Shown piece by piece: positions 12,889 to 26,929 of a stretch of 64,000 nt of DNA. The notes under the pieces were generated by a model, which saw only the letters and a program-made list of their open reading frames with translations, had not been told where the DNA came from and made no database searches. The position numbers were made by a program, and so were the translations under genes. This DNA is from Eledone cirrhosa (Eukaryota), in the NCBI GenBank assembly GCA_964016885.1, contig OZ024744.1:71238001-71302000 (forward strand), written 5' to 3'. Each line of letters begins with the position of its first letter. The first letter of the stretch is position 1.

Positions 12889-15590
12889 CATCATCACCGT
12901 TTTACGTCCGTCCTTCCACGCTAGCATGGGTTAGACGGGTTGTCATGTTGTGGGTAGTAGCCGATCGGCTGACCATGCCTTGCTCATACGGGAACTGATT
13001 CTGGCTTGATTTCTACAGCTGGATGCCCTTCCTAACACCAACCTCATTTACAGTGAGTGCTGGGTGCTTTTTTGCGTGGCGCCTACACGTCCACTTTACA
13101 GCATGGGCTGAGTGCTTTTTTGCCGTGGCACCTACACGACCACTTTGCAGTTGGAGGGGTTGGGGATATATTGTCTATATGCTTCAGCTTCGGCTTGTAC
13201 CCGTGGGGGGGGGGGGGGTCGAGTCTTCTGTATTACTGGGTGGCGCCAGAGGTCACGGTCGTGTGTCATCGCCTTTGAGAGGTGTAATTGGGTAAGGTCG
13301 GTTTTTATCACCTCATCCCAGGTCTTCTTGGGTCTCCCCACTCCGCGGCTTCCATCGACTTTTTTAGTGCTCTGCACCCTTTTATGCAGCTGTCATCCTT
13401 CATACGCATCACATATCCATACCAATGCAACCGCCTCTCCTGCACACAGCATTTGATTCCTCTTATGCTCAGTCTCTCTCTCAATCCGTTTATGCTTTGC
13501 CGTTCGCGTATATTACTATTACACATCCATCGGAGCATGCAGGCTTCGTTTCTTTCTAATCTACGCAAGTTTTCTACAGACAGCGCCCAAGTCTCACTAC
13601 CATGAAACATTGCTGTTCGTATACACGCATCATACAGTTTGCCCTTCATTTTGAGGGAAAAGCATTTTGCAGCTAGCAGTGGCAGTAGCTCCCTGAACTT
13701 CTTCCATCCCGTTCTTACCCTAGTTATTGTACTTTCCGAACACCCACCTCCGCTGCTAATTCGGTCACCTAGGTAGCAGAAGCTGTCTACTGTTTCTACA
13801 GAGCCCTATTAGAGTTTGGTGGTGCTTGTTTCCTGTGGCTGTTTGCTGCGTGCTGTCCCAGTGCAGCTGCTACATGTGAAGCCTACATTCTTAGTTAAGC
13901 TTCCTGAGATCCCACTACATCTCTTGTGTACCCATTGTTTGCATTTGGGGCAGAGGATGGAGTTCCTACCTACACCTTTCCTACATACTGAGCAAGGCCA
14001 TTTCCCTGAGGGTATCTGGGTTCTGTTTTCTTGTCTACTTACAAGGACCTTAGTCTTTGTCAGGTTGACTTTGAGACCCCTTCTTTCTAGTCCTTGCTTC
14101 CATGTTTGACATTTCTTCTGTAGTTCTACCATAGATTCATCCATAAGTATGAGGTCATCTGCATACAGGAGTTCCCATGGGCATCCGGTCTTAAACTCCT
14201 CCGTTATTGCCTTCAAAACTATGATGAACAGGAGAGGGCTAAGAACAGAGCCCTGGTTGACACCGACATGTATGCCAAATTCCTCGCTATAGTCATTGCT
14301 AATCCTAACTTTACTGACTGCTCCCCTATACATGGCTTGTACAGCTTTCACAAGCCATTCATCTACTCCTAGTTTTCTAGGACCCCACCAGATTATGGCA
14401 CGGGAAACTCTGTCAAAGGCTTTCGCCAGATCGACGAACGCCAGGTAGAGCGGCTTAATTTTAGCTAGGTACTTTTCCTGTAACTGCCTCACAAGGAAGA
14501 GGGCATCAGTGGTGCCTTTTCCTGGTACAAACCCAAATTGCATCTCATCTAGTTTCACCCGGTCCCTAATCAACTGTGCTGTAACTCTTTCTGTTACTTT
14601 CATGACCTGGTCCATCAGCTTTATACCTCTATAGTTTCCTCTATCGAGTGCATCACCTTTACCTTTGTAGCAGTTGACAATGATGCTGCTGCTCCAATCC
14701 TTTGGTATGACACCTAGTATTACCTGGTTAACAATACGTGTGGTTATAGTGTGACCTACAGATCCAGATGCCTTCAGCATCTCGGCAGCTATACCTGATG
14801 GACCGGTTGCCTTCCCTGTCTTCATATCTTTGATTGCCTTACTTACTACGCTGCTGCTGACTTGTACTGCTGGCCCCACTATAGGGTCTACTTGGAGTAC
14901 GGTCTCTTCTTCCCATGCATTCTCCTCATTTAGTAATCTATCATAATGACTCTTCCATGCATCTTTCTTCTCAGCACTTGTGAGGGAAAGCTCACCTTTA
15001 TCATTCCGGAAACACTTCTCTCCAATGACATCATAATTCTCTCTGACACACTGCCTCGCAATCTTGAACACCTCCTGTTCCTGGTTCTCACGTTGCAAGA
15101 CATACTTGAATTTTCTGTCCTCCGCTTCCCTCCTAGCTAAGTATACTTGTCGCCTAGCTTCCCTCTTGGTCTCTATGTAATGTACCCTGCTCCCCCCATT
15201 CTTCCATTCTTTCCATGCATGTCTCTTGGCCTTAACTGCCTCATCTACCTTATTGTTCCACCACCAAGTCACTCTCCTCTTGCCTGTGGTCTTATTCCAG
15301 CCACCGACCTCATCCGTCGCCTCTAGTAAGTTATTTTTTAGGAACTCCCAGTGCTCTTCTACATTGAATGTCTCTATCTGTTCTTCTTTACTGTCATAGG
15401 CGTCGAGTAAAATATCTTTAAATCTGTTACTGGCTGAGGGGTCTTTCAGCTTCCAGATCTTTCTTCTCTAGGTTGCCTTCTGTTTCCAAGTTCGTCTAGT
15501 TTTGACAATGAGGTCGCTGACAACTAAGTTATGTTGGGAGGTACATTCCTCACTAGGGAAGGCTTATGTGTTTACGACCGTCCATCTGTC
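12885..15590 (-). mobile_element. RTE LINE, 5'-truncated; best-preserved copy in the window
   Basis: 487-aa ORF 13809..15272 contains full RT motifs (NYRGIKL, FVDLAKAFDRV, GVNQGSVLSPLLF, LLYADDL) and a Cys/His finger. It continues in 13308..13649, then a 3' UTR and short GAT tail. Confidence 0.95.
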
Positions 15591-16308
15591 ACATCCTCTG
15601 ATGAGGATAAAATCTATCTGACCTACACCACCCATCCCATTGTCATTTCCCACCCAGAAAAATTTGTAACACTGACTTTTGCCTACGAGGACTCTAGCGG
15701 ACTCTCCTCTACACAGCATAATCAATTTCCTTTCACTCTAGCATCTCTACGATTTCTCATGCTCTTCCTTTCATTGTGCTTACATTGATGGTTCCAGCTC
15801 GGAGTTTTGGGCATTTGTCAACATTCGTGGGAAAGGGTTAATTTTTGCGGTGGTGTGTGTATGCTTCCTGTCTCTGAATTAAAGCTTCGCATGGGTGCTT
15901 GGTAACTCGCGGATTCATATTCATTTATTTATCAATTCGGGACTGCTCCATTTATCCTCATCTCATCCATACATAACGGTAAGAGAATTCAGAGCTAGAA
16001 GGACAGTAGTGTAATAATGGCAGGGTTTTGGGGGCTGGTAAGGGCGAGAAGAAAGGTAGTAGTAGTAATGGCAGAGTTTTTTGGGGTTGGTAATGGGTGG
16101 GAGGGGGACATGTTGCTGAGGTTTGATTGGTCGAAATAATCCGATACAAGTACGTATAGTAGACAGGCGAATATGTTAGGATTTCGAAGAAGTTCATCGT
16201 AAACCTCGAAAAGAGAGAGGAAGGGAGGTAAGGGAATAGATGACTTCGTAGAGTCATAATAGACAATGTGGGAAAAGAAAGGTAGTAGTAGTAATGGAAG
16301 AGTTTTTG

Positions 16309-16358
<50 letters not shown>

Positions 16359-16361
<3 letters not shown>

Positions 16362-17098
16362 CTACAAATGTAAGGTTGAAACACCCACGCCCTGTAGGGC
16401 CTACATAGGGTTAACAGCCAATAGATTCAAGCAGCGTATTTACATGCACGCCCATTCTTTTCTTAACCCTTTAAGAAGGAATATGACGTCACTTTCAGCT
16501 TATATCTGGAGTCTAAATGACAACTACACCCAATATAAGTTACACTGGGAGATCCTAGCTAGAGCTAGATCGTATAACGGAAATAAAAGACCATGTGACC
16601 TCTGCGCGCCCTGGAAAAACTCTACGCCAAAGATCACATCTTAAACAAAAAATCTGAGGCAATTTCGGCTTGTAAACATAAATTGCACAAAACATTCCTG
16701 TATTACAGCCCCACATTATACCCTAACGGATAGTACGAACTATACGCGGATATTTTACGTCTTGATGTGGTAGCTAAGTATATGATATGTTTATACCATT
16801 ACTTATTTGTATAGATAAGTATATATTATCTGTATGTTTTGTGAAGGTACGTATACTTTCTCGTACATATATTTGCTTGTATATGTTATGGCGTATATAT
16901 TATATATTCTGGTACAAGTGCATTTGGTTATGTGCATACGCGAGTTTTGCGTCTGTGTGAGTATGCAGGTTCGTAAGTATGTAGGGTGTGTGTATATGTG
17001 TACTTCGTGTTTTGGTTGACGTACGTCTGCGAACATATGTGTATTTACATGTAGGTATGTGTGTGCGCGCGTTATATACGTATTTATTTAATTATATG

Positions 17099-17137
<39 letters not shown>

Positions 17138-17782
17138 TTTTATATATATTTTTATGTGCATTTGGTGTATACGTTCGTATGTGCGCGGGTACAGGCGTTG
17201 CGTGGGTTCTGTATGTGCGTGCGGGTTTTTTGTGTACGTGCTTGTATTTGTATACCTATGGCGAGTGTTTTCGCGTATGCTTGTGTATGTACGTATATGG
17301 ATGCGTGTATCTATTTATTTAATTTCAATTACCTCTGTATTTTATTTACTTTATTCTTAACTCTGAAGCCGAGAATCATTCGGTTTCCTAGTTAGAATTT
17401 AAGTCTACGACTTCAGTTATACCTTTTACATGATTTTGTCTTTGCGTGCAATTGTTCTCCATGCTCCACATAATGACGTATTATCTTTGTTTTTTTCGTT
17501 CTTTGCCAGAGAACGTCTCCATCCACCTAATAGAATATTAGTCTACGACTTCGTTTATACCATAAACGTGGTTTTGTCTTTGCGTGTAATTGTTTTTATC
17601 GCCTCAAATTATGACGTATTATCTTCGTTTTTTTCCCGGAAACGTTTCCACGAACCAAAGTATCGTCTTCCTGTCTTCCTCCGGTTGCAAAGTTTTTTGA
17701 AATATTTACTTCTGCGTTCACAGTTTGACGTTTCCCGTTACGGGTGAAAGCAGCGATTCTTGGCTTAAACTTTAATCTGTTA

Positions 17783-17788
<6 letters not shown>
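16359..17788 (+). mobile_element. Penelope-like (Naiad-type) 3' fragment: GIY-YIG endonuclease plus 3' UTR, flanked by (TA)n
   Basis: Translates as VYKCKV...AYIGLTANRFKQR...H..SF...TSLSAYIWSL...WEILARA...PCDLC, homologous to the C-terminus of ORF 47938..49830. Confidence 0.85.
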
Positions 17789-18429
<641 letters not shown>

Positions 18430-20047
18430 GAAGCCCTCAGACAGCTCCGTAACCCCCTCTTCTACCGCCCTCTACCCACCGACCCCACACCCCTCTACCA
18501 ACAACAAGTTTCCTCCACCATCCAACACCTCGTCTCCTCCTCCCTCCTTCCTCCCACCGCTTCCCACCTCATCGTCCGCAGCCCCGCTATCTATTTCCTC
18601 CCCAAACTCCACAAACCCGACAACCCAGGCCGCCCCATCGTCTCCGCGTGCAACTGCCCCACAGAACTCATCCCCGCCGTTCTTGACACCGCTCCACCGC
18701 CCTCACCCCACGCGCCCGCACCCCCACCCAACGCCTCCCCTTCCCCATAACCTACCACCCCTTCACCGCACCATCCTCCGCCTCTTCCGACGCCTCTAGT
18801 CCGACCCCTCCACCGCCCCCATCTTCCCATCCTATCCCTCCCCGCCTTCAAACGCGCGCGTAATCTCCGCTCCCTCCTCGTCCGCAGCTCCTTACCCCCA
18901 ACCCACATTCTTCTACCCCCCCCCCCCCCAGTTCCCTTCCCTGCTCCAGGCCTGCCCACACCTGCCCCCATATCACCAACACCACCACCTTCCAGGGTCC
19001 CAGCGGCCAATCTCTCTCTGTCCGGCACGCCTACCGCAGCACCTCCTCCAACCTAGCCTATGGACTCGCTGCACTCCGTGCAGCGCAACCTACGACGGCC
19101 TGACTGGACGTCGCCTCTGCGATATTCGTCTCGGCGGGAGTTCCCCCGTCGCCCGCCACTTTGGCTCCTCTGGACATTACGCCCACCACCTCAGAGCATG
19201 TGGCCTGATCCAATGCCTTGGGACACACTATCTTCACACTACAGACCCACCCCCGGCCTGAACTCCCCACCCCTCTTCCTTTAGCAAACACGCACACACA
19301 CACCAGTACACTACACTCCCTCCTCTGTCCCCCAACACCTTTCCTCCCCCTCTCTCTCTCCCCGCTTCACACACACGCCCTCACACACACAGCCCACTAA
19401 CAACTCCACTAAGATACACACCAAGACCCCACACCACCACCTTCTTCCTCCACTTTTCACACCTACCCATCTCCTCCCCTGTCCACCGCACCTCCGCACA
19501 CACAGACACACAGTCCACACCACATACAGACCCTTTCTATACCTGTCACCCTCTACTGCCTACTGCTATCTCTTCACCCTGCCTTGACCCTCTGACCACT
19601 TCCTGTTGCGCGCGCACCCCACATCTCTCCACATCCTCACTACCACACCAGGATTTTACACCACCGGTCATCGTTCCAGGTATCCATCCTACAACACGCC
19701 GAATCTCCAGAATCTTGTCTCACACTCCGTGGAAATACTTTAGGAACATACACACCAACAAACACTTACATTATTTTCGAACCACGCCATACACACACAC
19801 ACACTCAGTCTCCGGACTCGAATTTGTTATCCTCCCTTTCCTCTCCCTCCCTTTTTTTTACATGTCTTTCCACCACTCCTCCACACACCCTCGGAACTCT
19901 CTTCCTACGCACTTTTCTCCCGATGAAGAGCTTATGACCGAAACGCCCCCCCCCCCCCACACACACACACACTCTCAAGCGCGAAACTAATAATATCATT
20001 TGTACTGCCTCTTCGTTTTTCTGCTTTTTGTTCTCCGTTTACTTTTT
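18430..20047 (+). mobile_element. Internally deleted, C-rich Penelope-like element
   Basis: Translates in pieces as YFLPKLHKPDNPGRPIVSACNCPTELI (start of PLE RT, ~18590-18670) and PAFKRARNLRSLLVRSSL (linker, ~18842-18895). A decayed hammerhead CCGAUGA..GAAACG lies at ~19920-19946. Confidence 0.75.
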
Positions 20048-20174
20048 AACAATTCTGAGCAAATTCATTACAGGGCAGTCATCAATATTTGTTTGCCTAC
20101 AGAAATCAAAATGTTGTCAAAGATTTTATATCAGATCAACAATGTTAACCTGTACGTTAATTGTTCTGGTAAGT

Positions 20175-23100
20175 ATATATATATATAAATTCGTCGCATC
20201 AAACAGCGCTATCAACAGTTCAGTTCATCTGTCAATAGATAGCTTCTACATGTGCTTCCACACTAGATTTTTGTCGAACCCAGCATTGAACATTTAACAG
20301 TGCATCTTGAGTCCCAATCTTTCGGCACAACGAAATATTATATTTCCAAAATGGACTTTTCCAAAGGTAACTCCTTTAAAAGTAAATAGATTTGCCGTGT
20401 TTCAACCAAAGTATATGAATCAGACATACAACAGTTCATTTGTCACGATATTTTTTGTTTTTTCTAGACATTCGGTAAAACTGTCGAAGTTCAGAGGTAT
20501 AATTTCGCTACTTATTAAGAAATATCATTTCAGTAGTATCACAATCGATGGGAACATTGATATAGGTCCAAAAGACAGTTTCATTTGTCACAGTTTTTTC
20601 TACAGATATTCGGTAAAACTGTCGAACTTCAGAGGTGTAATTTGGCTACTTATTAAGAAAGTAGTATCACAATCGATGGGAACATTGATATAGGCCCAAA
20701 AGATCCGCTTCATTATAATACATACACTGGAGTAGGACATTTGGAGATGGTCGAATATTTTACGACCAGCGGTAGGACTGAGTTTTGTAAGGAACTGTAA
20801 TGGGCAAAAACTTTTAAAAAAATTATTCTACAGGTGAGAGAGAAACACCTTCGGTCGACAGTTGGATCTATCAGAGAAGCCTACTCTGCTGGTCAGCAAG
20901 TCAGAGATGCCCTAAAAAACTCCGGTTCAGCTTTTCGATATGATTCCACCATCGACTATTCTATCGCTTCTCAACTTGGATCCATGAACACTATTTGCCC
21001 ACATTTTGAAGCTCTCAAGTGGGACAGGGAGGCGCCAGGCATGTGCTGCATTGGAGGCAAAATCAGTTTGCCCCTACTCACTTGCCCTTTGGAACCGCTC
21101 AAAAGTCTCTTCTCAGGCCAGAGTAATGATAGCCGTTACTTCCTTGCAAACACAAGGAGTTACAATAGCTGCTTTCAAATGACGAGCTTCGGAGCTGAAA
21201 AGGAAGTTAATCATGGCGGATACATGCCCACATTTAAAGTACAGGGCCAAGTGTACCACACGATTGGAAGTCTCCTACCCCTGACCGACGAAGACCACAA
21301 GTTTTTGCAAATCTACTTCATTGGAGATGAAAATTCACAAGCGATACGTCGCCATCGGGCCATCCCAGGAACCAGACTTGAAATAATTCGCCAGTTACAG
21401 GACATGTTAAGTGTCTCAAACAGACTGATTCAAAACTTTAAATTTGCCATTGAAAACCCTCCAGCCAAAAATTTCGACATTGTTATACACCCTGACATGG
21501 TTCCAGCTGGTGAGCATCGTAGACGCTTCAATGCTCCAGCTGTTGCAGAGGTTGCAGCTGTCCTTGCTGGTCACACCGGGGGAAAGCGTGATATAGTCAT
21601 CCGACATTGTGATGAAGGTCTAAAAAAAATTCCTGATACCAACAAAGCATACGATGGCCTTCAGTACCCACTTCTGTACACAACAGAGGAGCATGGATAC
21701 CACTGGCTGCTTCGTCAAGTTGGATCTAATGGTGAGCCAACCAACAAGAACTCTGCGATGGATTTTTATGCCTTTGACCTGATGCTTCGTTCAAACAACT
21801 TCGATCATCTTCACCGAGCACGCGATCTATTTCACCAGTTTGTCGTTGACATGTATGCCAACATAGAGAGTGAACGCCTTGCTTATACTGCAAGCCATCA
21901 GAAGAAACTGCGAGCTGACAATTACGCTCACCTTTGTGATGATGTGAACAATGATGCCAGACATGGCCACGAGATTCGTAAGTTAGTCATCCTCCCTTCC
22001 ACCTTCGCAGGCAGTCCTCGATATATGCATGAAAAGACTCAAGATGCAATGACATACGTGAGGCACTATGGCTGTCCCGACCTTTTCATCACCTTCACAT
22101 GCAACCCAAAGTGGACTGAAATAACTGGTGAACTCCTTCCTGGCCAAACGTCCGCTCACCGTCATGACCTTATTGCAAGAGTATTCCGTCTGAAAGTTAT
22201 GAAGCTCATGTCAATCCTAACGAAGCAAGAAATCTTTGGACCAACACGATGTGATATGTACACCATTGAGTGGCAGAAACGTGGACTTCCCCATGCAAAC
22301 ATTCTAATCTGGCTAATCGAGAAAATCTGTCCTTCCCAGATTGACTCGTTGATAAGTGCTGAACTCCCTGATCCTGCAGAAGACCAGAGGCTATTTGACA
22401 TTATCAGAGCTCAAATGGTTCATGGTCCATGTGGGGGAATTCAACCCAAGGTCACCTTGCATGGAAGATGGAAAATGCAGCAAGAAGTTTCCACGCGAAT
22501 TCCTAAAGGAGACACAAACACGGCATGATGGCTACCCACTATATAGGAGAAGAAAGCCAGAGGATGGTGGGAAAACACACACAGCCATTATAAGAGTCAG
22601 TGGTCAGCCAGAACAATTCACTATTGACAACAGGTGGATTGTTGCGTACTGTCCTCTCCTCTCCAAAGCCTTCGATGCACACTTCAACGTAGAATTCTGC
22701 AATTCTATAAAGTCTATCGAGTATGTTTGTAAATATGTCAACAAGGGGTCAGAAATGGCAGTGTTCAATCTTCAAACACAGAATGGCAGAGATGAAGTGA
22801 AACAATACCAGAGTGGTCGATACATAAGTAGCAATGAGGCCATTTGGCGAATTTTCGGTTTACCACTTCATGAACGCCATCCTGCAGTCGAGCACCTGGC
22901 AGTGCATCTGAAAATGGCCAGAGAGTTTTCTTCCATCCAGAACAGGCTGCTCAAATTGTTCAAGAACCACCGAAGAATACAACCCCTACGGCCTCTTTCA
23001 AGCTCTGCCAAGAAGACGAATTCGCACAAACACTCTTCTATTGGCAACTTCTCCGCTTCTACACGTAGAAAGGCTGGCAAAGCAGTGGAAGGACACCCCC

Positions 23101-25316
23101 AGATCAAGTCAGCAGATGTTCTTGGAAGGGTCTACAGCGTCCATCCGACTCAGTTCGAGTGTTTCTTCCAAAGAATGCTCCTGTTCGAGGTTAGAGGACC
23201 ACAGTCTTTCCAAGATCTGAGAACCATCAATGGCCATCAATGTTCCACTTACAGGATGCATGGTATGTTACACGATGACAGCCATTGACACCTCACCCTG
23301 CAAGAAGCAGCATCTGCTAAAGTCCCTTCTCAGCTGCGAACACCTTTTGCTATTATGCTACACAACTGCGATCTCGCCGACCCTCTCGCACTGTGGAACA
23401 ACCACCGCGAAAGTCTAGCTGAGGACATCCTCCACCGCACACGCAGACACAATCCGAACGTAACATACGATGTCGTTTTCAATGAGGCACTGATTTGTCT
23501 TGAAAACAGTGTCCTGGAGATTGGTGTAGGCCTCTAAGTTACTACAGTTTACTTGCTCCTGACAGGAGTGTCCAGAGGTCAACGTCTACAGAGCTTCTCC
23601 GCGAGACGAACTACGAGATCAGTGCTCTTCATGAGTTTATTAATACCAACGAACCCAAATTGATCCATGATCAGCAACTGACTTACAACACCATTGTTGA
23701 TGATGTGACAACTAACAAGGGTGGCCACTTCTTCGTTGATACTCCAGGAGGCACGGGAAAGACATTCGTCATCAACCTCTTACTTGCAGCGGTGAGAAAG
23801 AACCGGTGGATCGCACTGGCCGTTGCTTCCTCTGGAATTGCAGCGACTCTTCTCTCCGGAGGTCGCACCGCTCATTCCAGTTTCAAACTCCCGTTGAACC
23901 TTGCGAAGATTGAAACTCCAATCTGCAACATTCCACGCGGAAGTGTTCTGGCTGATCTCATCAAGCAGTGTTGCCTTATTGTCTGGGATGAATGCACTAT
24001 GGCTCACAAAGTTACTTATTTCTAATTTAGGCGTCATTTTTTTTCTACTTCTTTGTTTTTTGGCACTTTTGGCATCCTCCTATAATTTCTTTTTCATGTT
24101 TTTTTCTCACATAACTGCTTTTGAGGCGCTGGACAGGACACTGCAAGACGTTCGAGGAAATAACTCCATCATGGGAGGCGTTACCTTCGTCATGGCTGGT
24201 GACTTCAGACAAATACTTCCAGTTATCCCTAGCCGAACTCGAGCTGACGAGGTGAAGGCATCAATTAAGTCTTCATACCTCTGGATCAAAATCTCAAAGC
24301 TCAGTCTGTCGACCAATATGAGGGTTCACCTGCATGGTGACCAACAAGCAGGAATTTTTGCACAACGCCTACTTGAGCTTGGAAGCGGGGCAACAAGTGC
24401 TGGCGATGGATTCATTGATGTGGATCGAATTGGGATGGTCGTCCAGACAGAAGAACTTTCATCCAAAGTCTTCCCACGGCTGTCTGTGAATTTCACTTGC
24501 CGTGATTGACTCTGTGAAAGAGCAATACTTGCACCAAGAAATGACAGTGTCAGAGACATCAACGATAGGCTACTTAAGCAGATCCCTGGGCCTGTTCACA
24601 CATACAAGTCAATCGATTGTGTGGTTGACACTGATGTGGCAATTCAATACCCAGTGGAATTCTTGAACGCTCTTGATTTGCCAGGAATTCCTCCACACAG
24701 GTTGCAGTTAAAGCTTGGTGCCCCTATCCACCTGCTGCGAAATCTGAACCCACCAAAGCTCTGCAATGGCACACGACTTGCAGTGAAGCAGATACTGCGT
24801 CATGCCATTGAAGCCACAATCATGACTGGAGTTGGTAGGGCAGAAGATGTATTTATTCCTCACATCCCGTTGTCGCCAGCCGACTTACCCTTTGAGTTCA
24901 AGCGACTTCAATTTCCAATAAGACTAAGCTTCGCGATTACCATCAACAAAACTTGGCGTCAAACCCTACAAGTGGCTGGCCTTCATCTTGGAAAACCATG
25001 CTTCTCCCATGGTCAATTGTATGTAGGATGCTCTAGGGTGAGCTCGCCAAACAATCTCTTCATCTTTGCTCCGAAGGGCCGAACAAAATATATTGTATAC
25101 TCTGAGGCTCTAACAATGTAATATAAATATTTTCAGTTACTTGGAATCATAAAAGCGATTCAAACCCAACATCAGAGCACGTTAACCCCCACCTCATCCC
25201 AACCTCGTAGACTTGAGAGGGCGTGTGGTATCTTTTCACTGGAGTGTAGGGGAGATTCCTGAAAAGATAAAATGCCGGTATTCCTAGCGGAGCGCCAGCC
25301 GGACGGGCCAGTTAGT
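20175..25316 (+). mobile_element. Helitron (Rep/Pif1 helicase), frameshifted
   Basis: Rep motifs PDLFITFTCNPKW, EWQKRGLPHANIL (HUH) and YVCKYVNKG; helicase motifs PGGTGKT, WDEC, GDFRQILPV, LCNGTRL and FSHGQLYVGCSRV. It starts in TATATA and ends with a GC-rich segment plus TTAG|T (CTAG-like). Confidence 0.93.
20834..25121 (+). pseudogene. Helitron RepHel coding region with several frameshifts and stops and a probable intron
   Basis: ORFs 20834..22528, 22356..23288, 23355..23537, 23660..24025, 23901..24509 and 24621..25121 are collinear pieces of one RepHel protein. Confidence 0.9.
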
Positions 25317-25329
25317 ATATATATATAGT

Positions 25330-25736
25330 TGTAGTGGAACTACGTCGTACCTTGCAATAGCAACATTTTCATATGCAATAAGGTTAAATTGACCAATGGT
25401 AAATCGCGTATGAATACATGTTCACTCTCTCTCACTGACTGGTGAAGAACCACAGTACGGAGAAGACCAGGAGATGGGTACTGACGTGTGAAGAATTATT
25501 ATAAAATGACTCCTACATTCCTTTCGACAATAAAAATTATATTTATAGATGATTGAGCGTTAAAGAGATATTTATTTATATCCTGGAAGTCAGAAGCATG
25601 TTATTACCAATACAGCTACCAACTCATCAACTAAGGTATTTCTCTTATACCATTTGTAAAAACAAGATCCTTAGAAGATTATAACTTGCAGTTATAAAAA
25701 GATATAGGTAATATTTAACTTCTCATCCTAACTATA
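25330..25736 (+). repeat. 5' LTR
   Basis: TGTAG...CTATA, about 5 mismatches against the 3' LTR by manual count. Confidence 0.95.
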
Positions 25737-25739
25737 AAA

Positions 25740-25751
25740 TGGTGACCCGAC
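25740..25751 (+). promoter_or_regulatory. Primer-binding site, tRNA-Trp-like
   Basis: TGGTGACCCGAC compared with the canonical tRNA-Trp PBS TGGTGACCCCGAC (one C missing). Confidence 0.7.
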
Positions 25752-25846
25752 TATAAAGAATACTTCCTTCACAAAAAAAAAAAAAATCTCGAGCCAACAA
25801 TAAGAAACGATTTGACTTCGCACATGGCATTTTTGTCCATCATGGC

Positions 25847-25958
25847 GTCTTCGTCTTCTTCTTCTTCTTCTTCTTCTTCTTCTTCTTCTTCTTCTTCTTC
25901 TTCTTCTTCTTCTTCTTCTTCTTCTTCTTCTTCTTCTTCTTCTTCTTCTTCTTCTTCA
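25847..25958. repeat. (TCT)n microsatellite in the Gypsy 5' leader
   Basis: Directly visible in the sequence. Confidence 0.95.
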
Positions 25959-26094
25959 TTGGTTCCCGCGCTTTACTTTGGCCGACATAAGCGCACTCTC
26001 TACTGTGGCTACTGATACTACGGAACTTTGAAATTTTTTTACATGTTTTGTTCACAACTATTTTGGTGAAGTTTACGAGCGTCTTTCTCCTGCA

Positions 26095-26889
26095 ATGTCG
26101 AGTAATTCTCTACCGGTGTTTGGTGGGATGTGCGAATCTGGCTTGCCCAGATTGAATCATTTTTCCTCGCATACAATATTTCATCAGACTACACAGCTCC
26201 ATCTTTTACTGAGTGCCATTCCTGCTTCCTTCACCTCAACGGTTAAGGATTTGATTACCGACCCGTCTCCGGAGGCTACCTATAGCAGTATAAAAAAAGA
26301 AATTCTTAACCGCACCTCTGTCTCGGCGGAAAGGAAGTTTCGCACTCTAGTTAACAATGTGCACCTTGACGACTGTACACCTATGCAGCTCTTACGGAGG
26401 ATGAGAGAGCTTCCGGAAGAAGCACCAGCAGACAGCGCAATGATCAAGCAACTTTTCTTTTCTAGGCTGCCTACTAATGTCCAAGGCATTTTGGCAGCTA
26501 TGACCAAAACCAGTTCGGTGGATCAGTGGGCCTCAGCCACTGATGAAATCTTGGAGCACTCCGGCAATTATACCACTACTACCCCATCACGACTTGCAAC
26601 AAACTCTTCACCTTTGCCTGTCGCATCAGTTTCAGCTAGCGCCACCTCGAGCAACGAAGCAACACTCAAGGCCATCCGTGACCTTACGAAGGAGGTACAA
26701 CTTATTCGTTTATCCATATCGCGATCTCCCCGACAACGGTCGCGGAATCGCTCGAAATCTTCACATCGTCGTTTCCAACTTTCACCATCACGATCGTGCT
26801 GGTACCATAATCGGTTCGGAGCCTCTGCTCATAAATGTATCCAGCCTTGTTCTTTTTCACACCAGGGAAACAAAGTGACAGAGAATTAA
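26095..26889 (+). CDS. Gypsy Gag-like protein
   Basis: Motifs YSSIKKEILNR, LDDCTPMQLLRRM, LFFSRLP, and the C-terminal knuckle CWYHNRFGASAHKCIQPC. Confidence 0.8.
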   Translation: MSSNSLPVFGGMCESGLPRLNHFSSHTIFHQTTQLHLLLSAIPASFTSTVKDLITDPSPEATYSSIKKEILNRTSVSAERKFRTLVNNVHLDDCTPMQLLRRMRELPEEAPADSAMIKQLFFSRLPTNVQGILAAMTKTSSVDQWASATDEILEHSGNYTTTTPSRLATNSSPLPVASVSASATSSNEATLKAIRDLTKEVQLIRLSISRSPRQRSRNRSKSSHRRFQLSPSRSCWYHNRFGASAHKCIQPCSFSHQGNKVTEN

Positions 26890-26929
26890 GTACGACGTCT
26901 TCTCCGCAATCCTGTACTGAAAGTTGTGC

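Noticed and set aside
17358-17395. CTGAAG plus hairpin in the Naiad 3' UTR
   Set aside because: It lacks GAAA on the same strand, so it is not a hammerhead.
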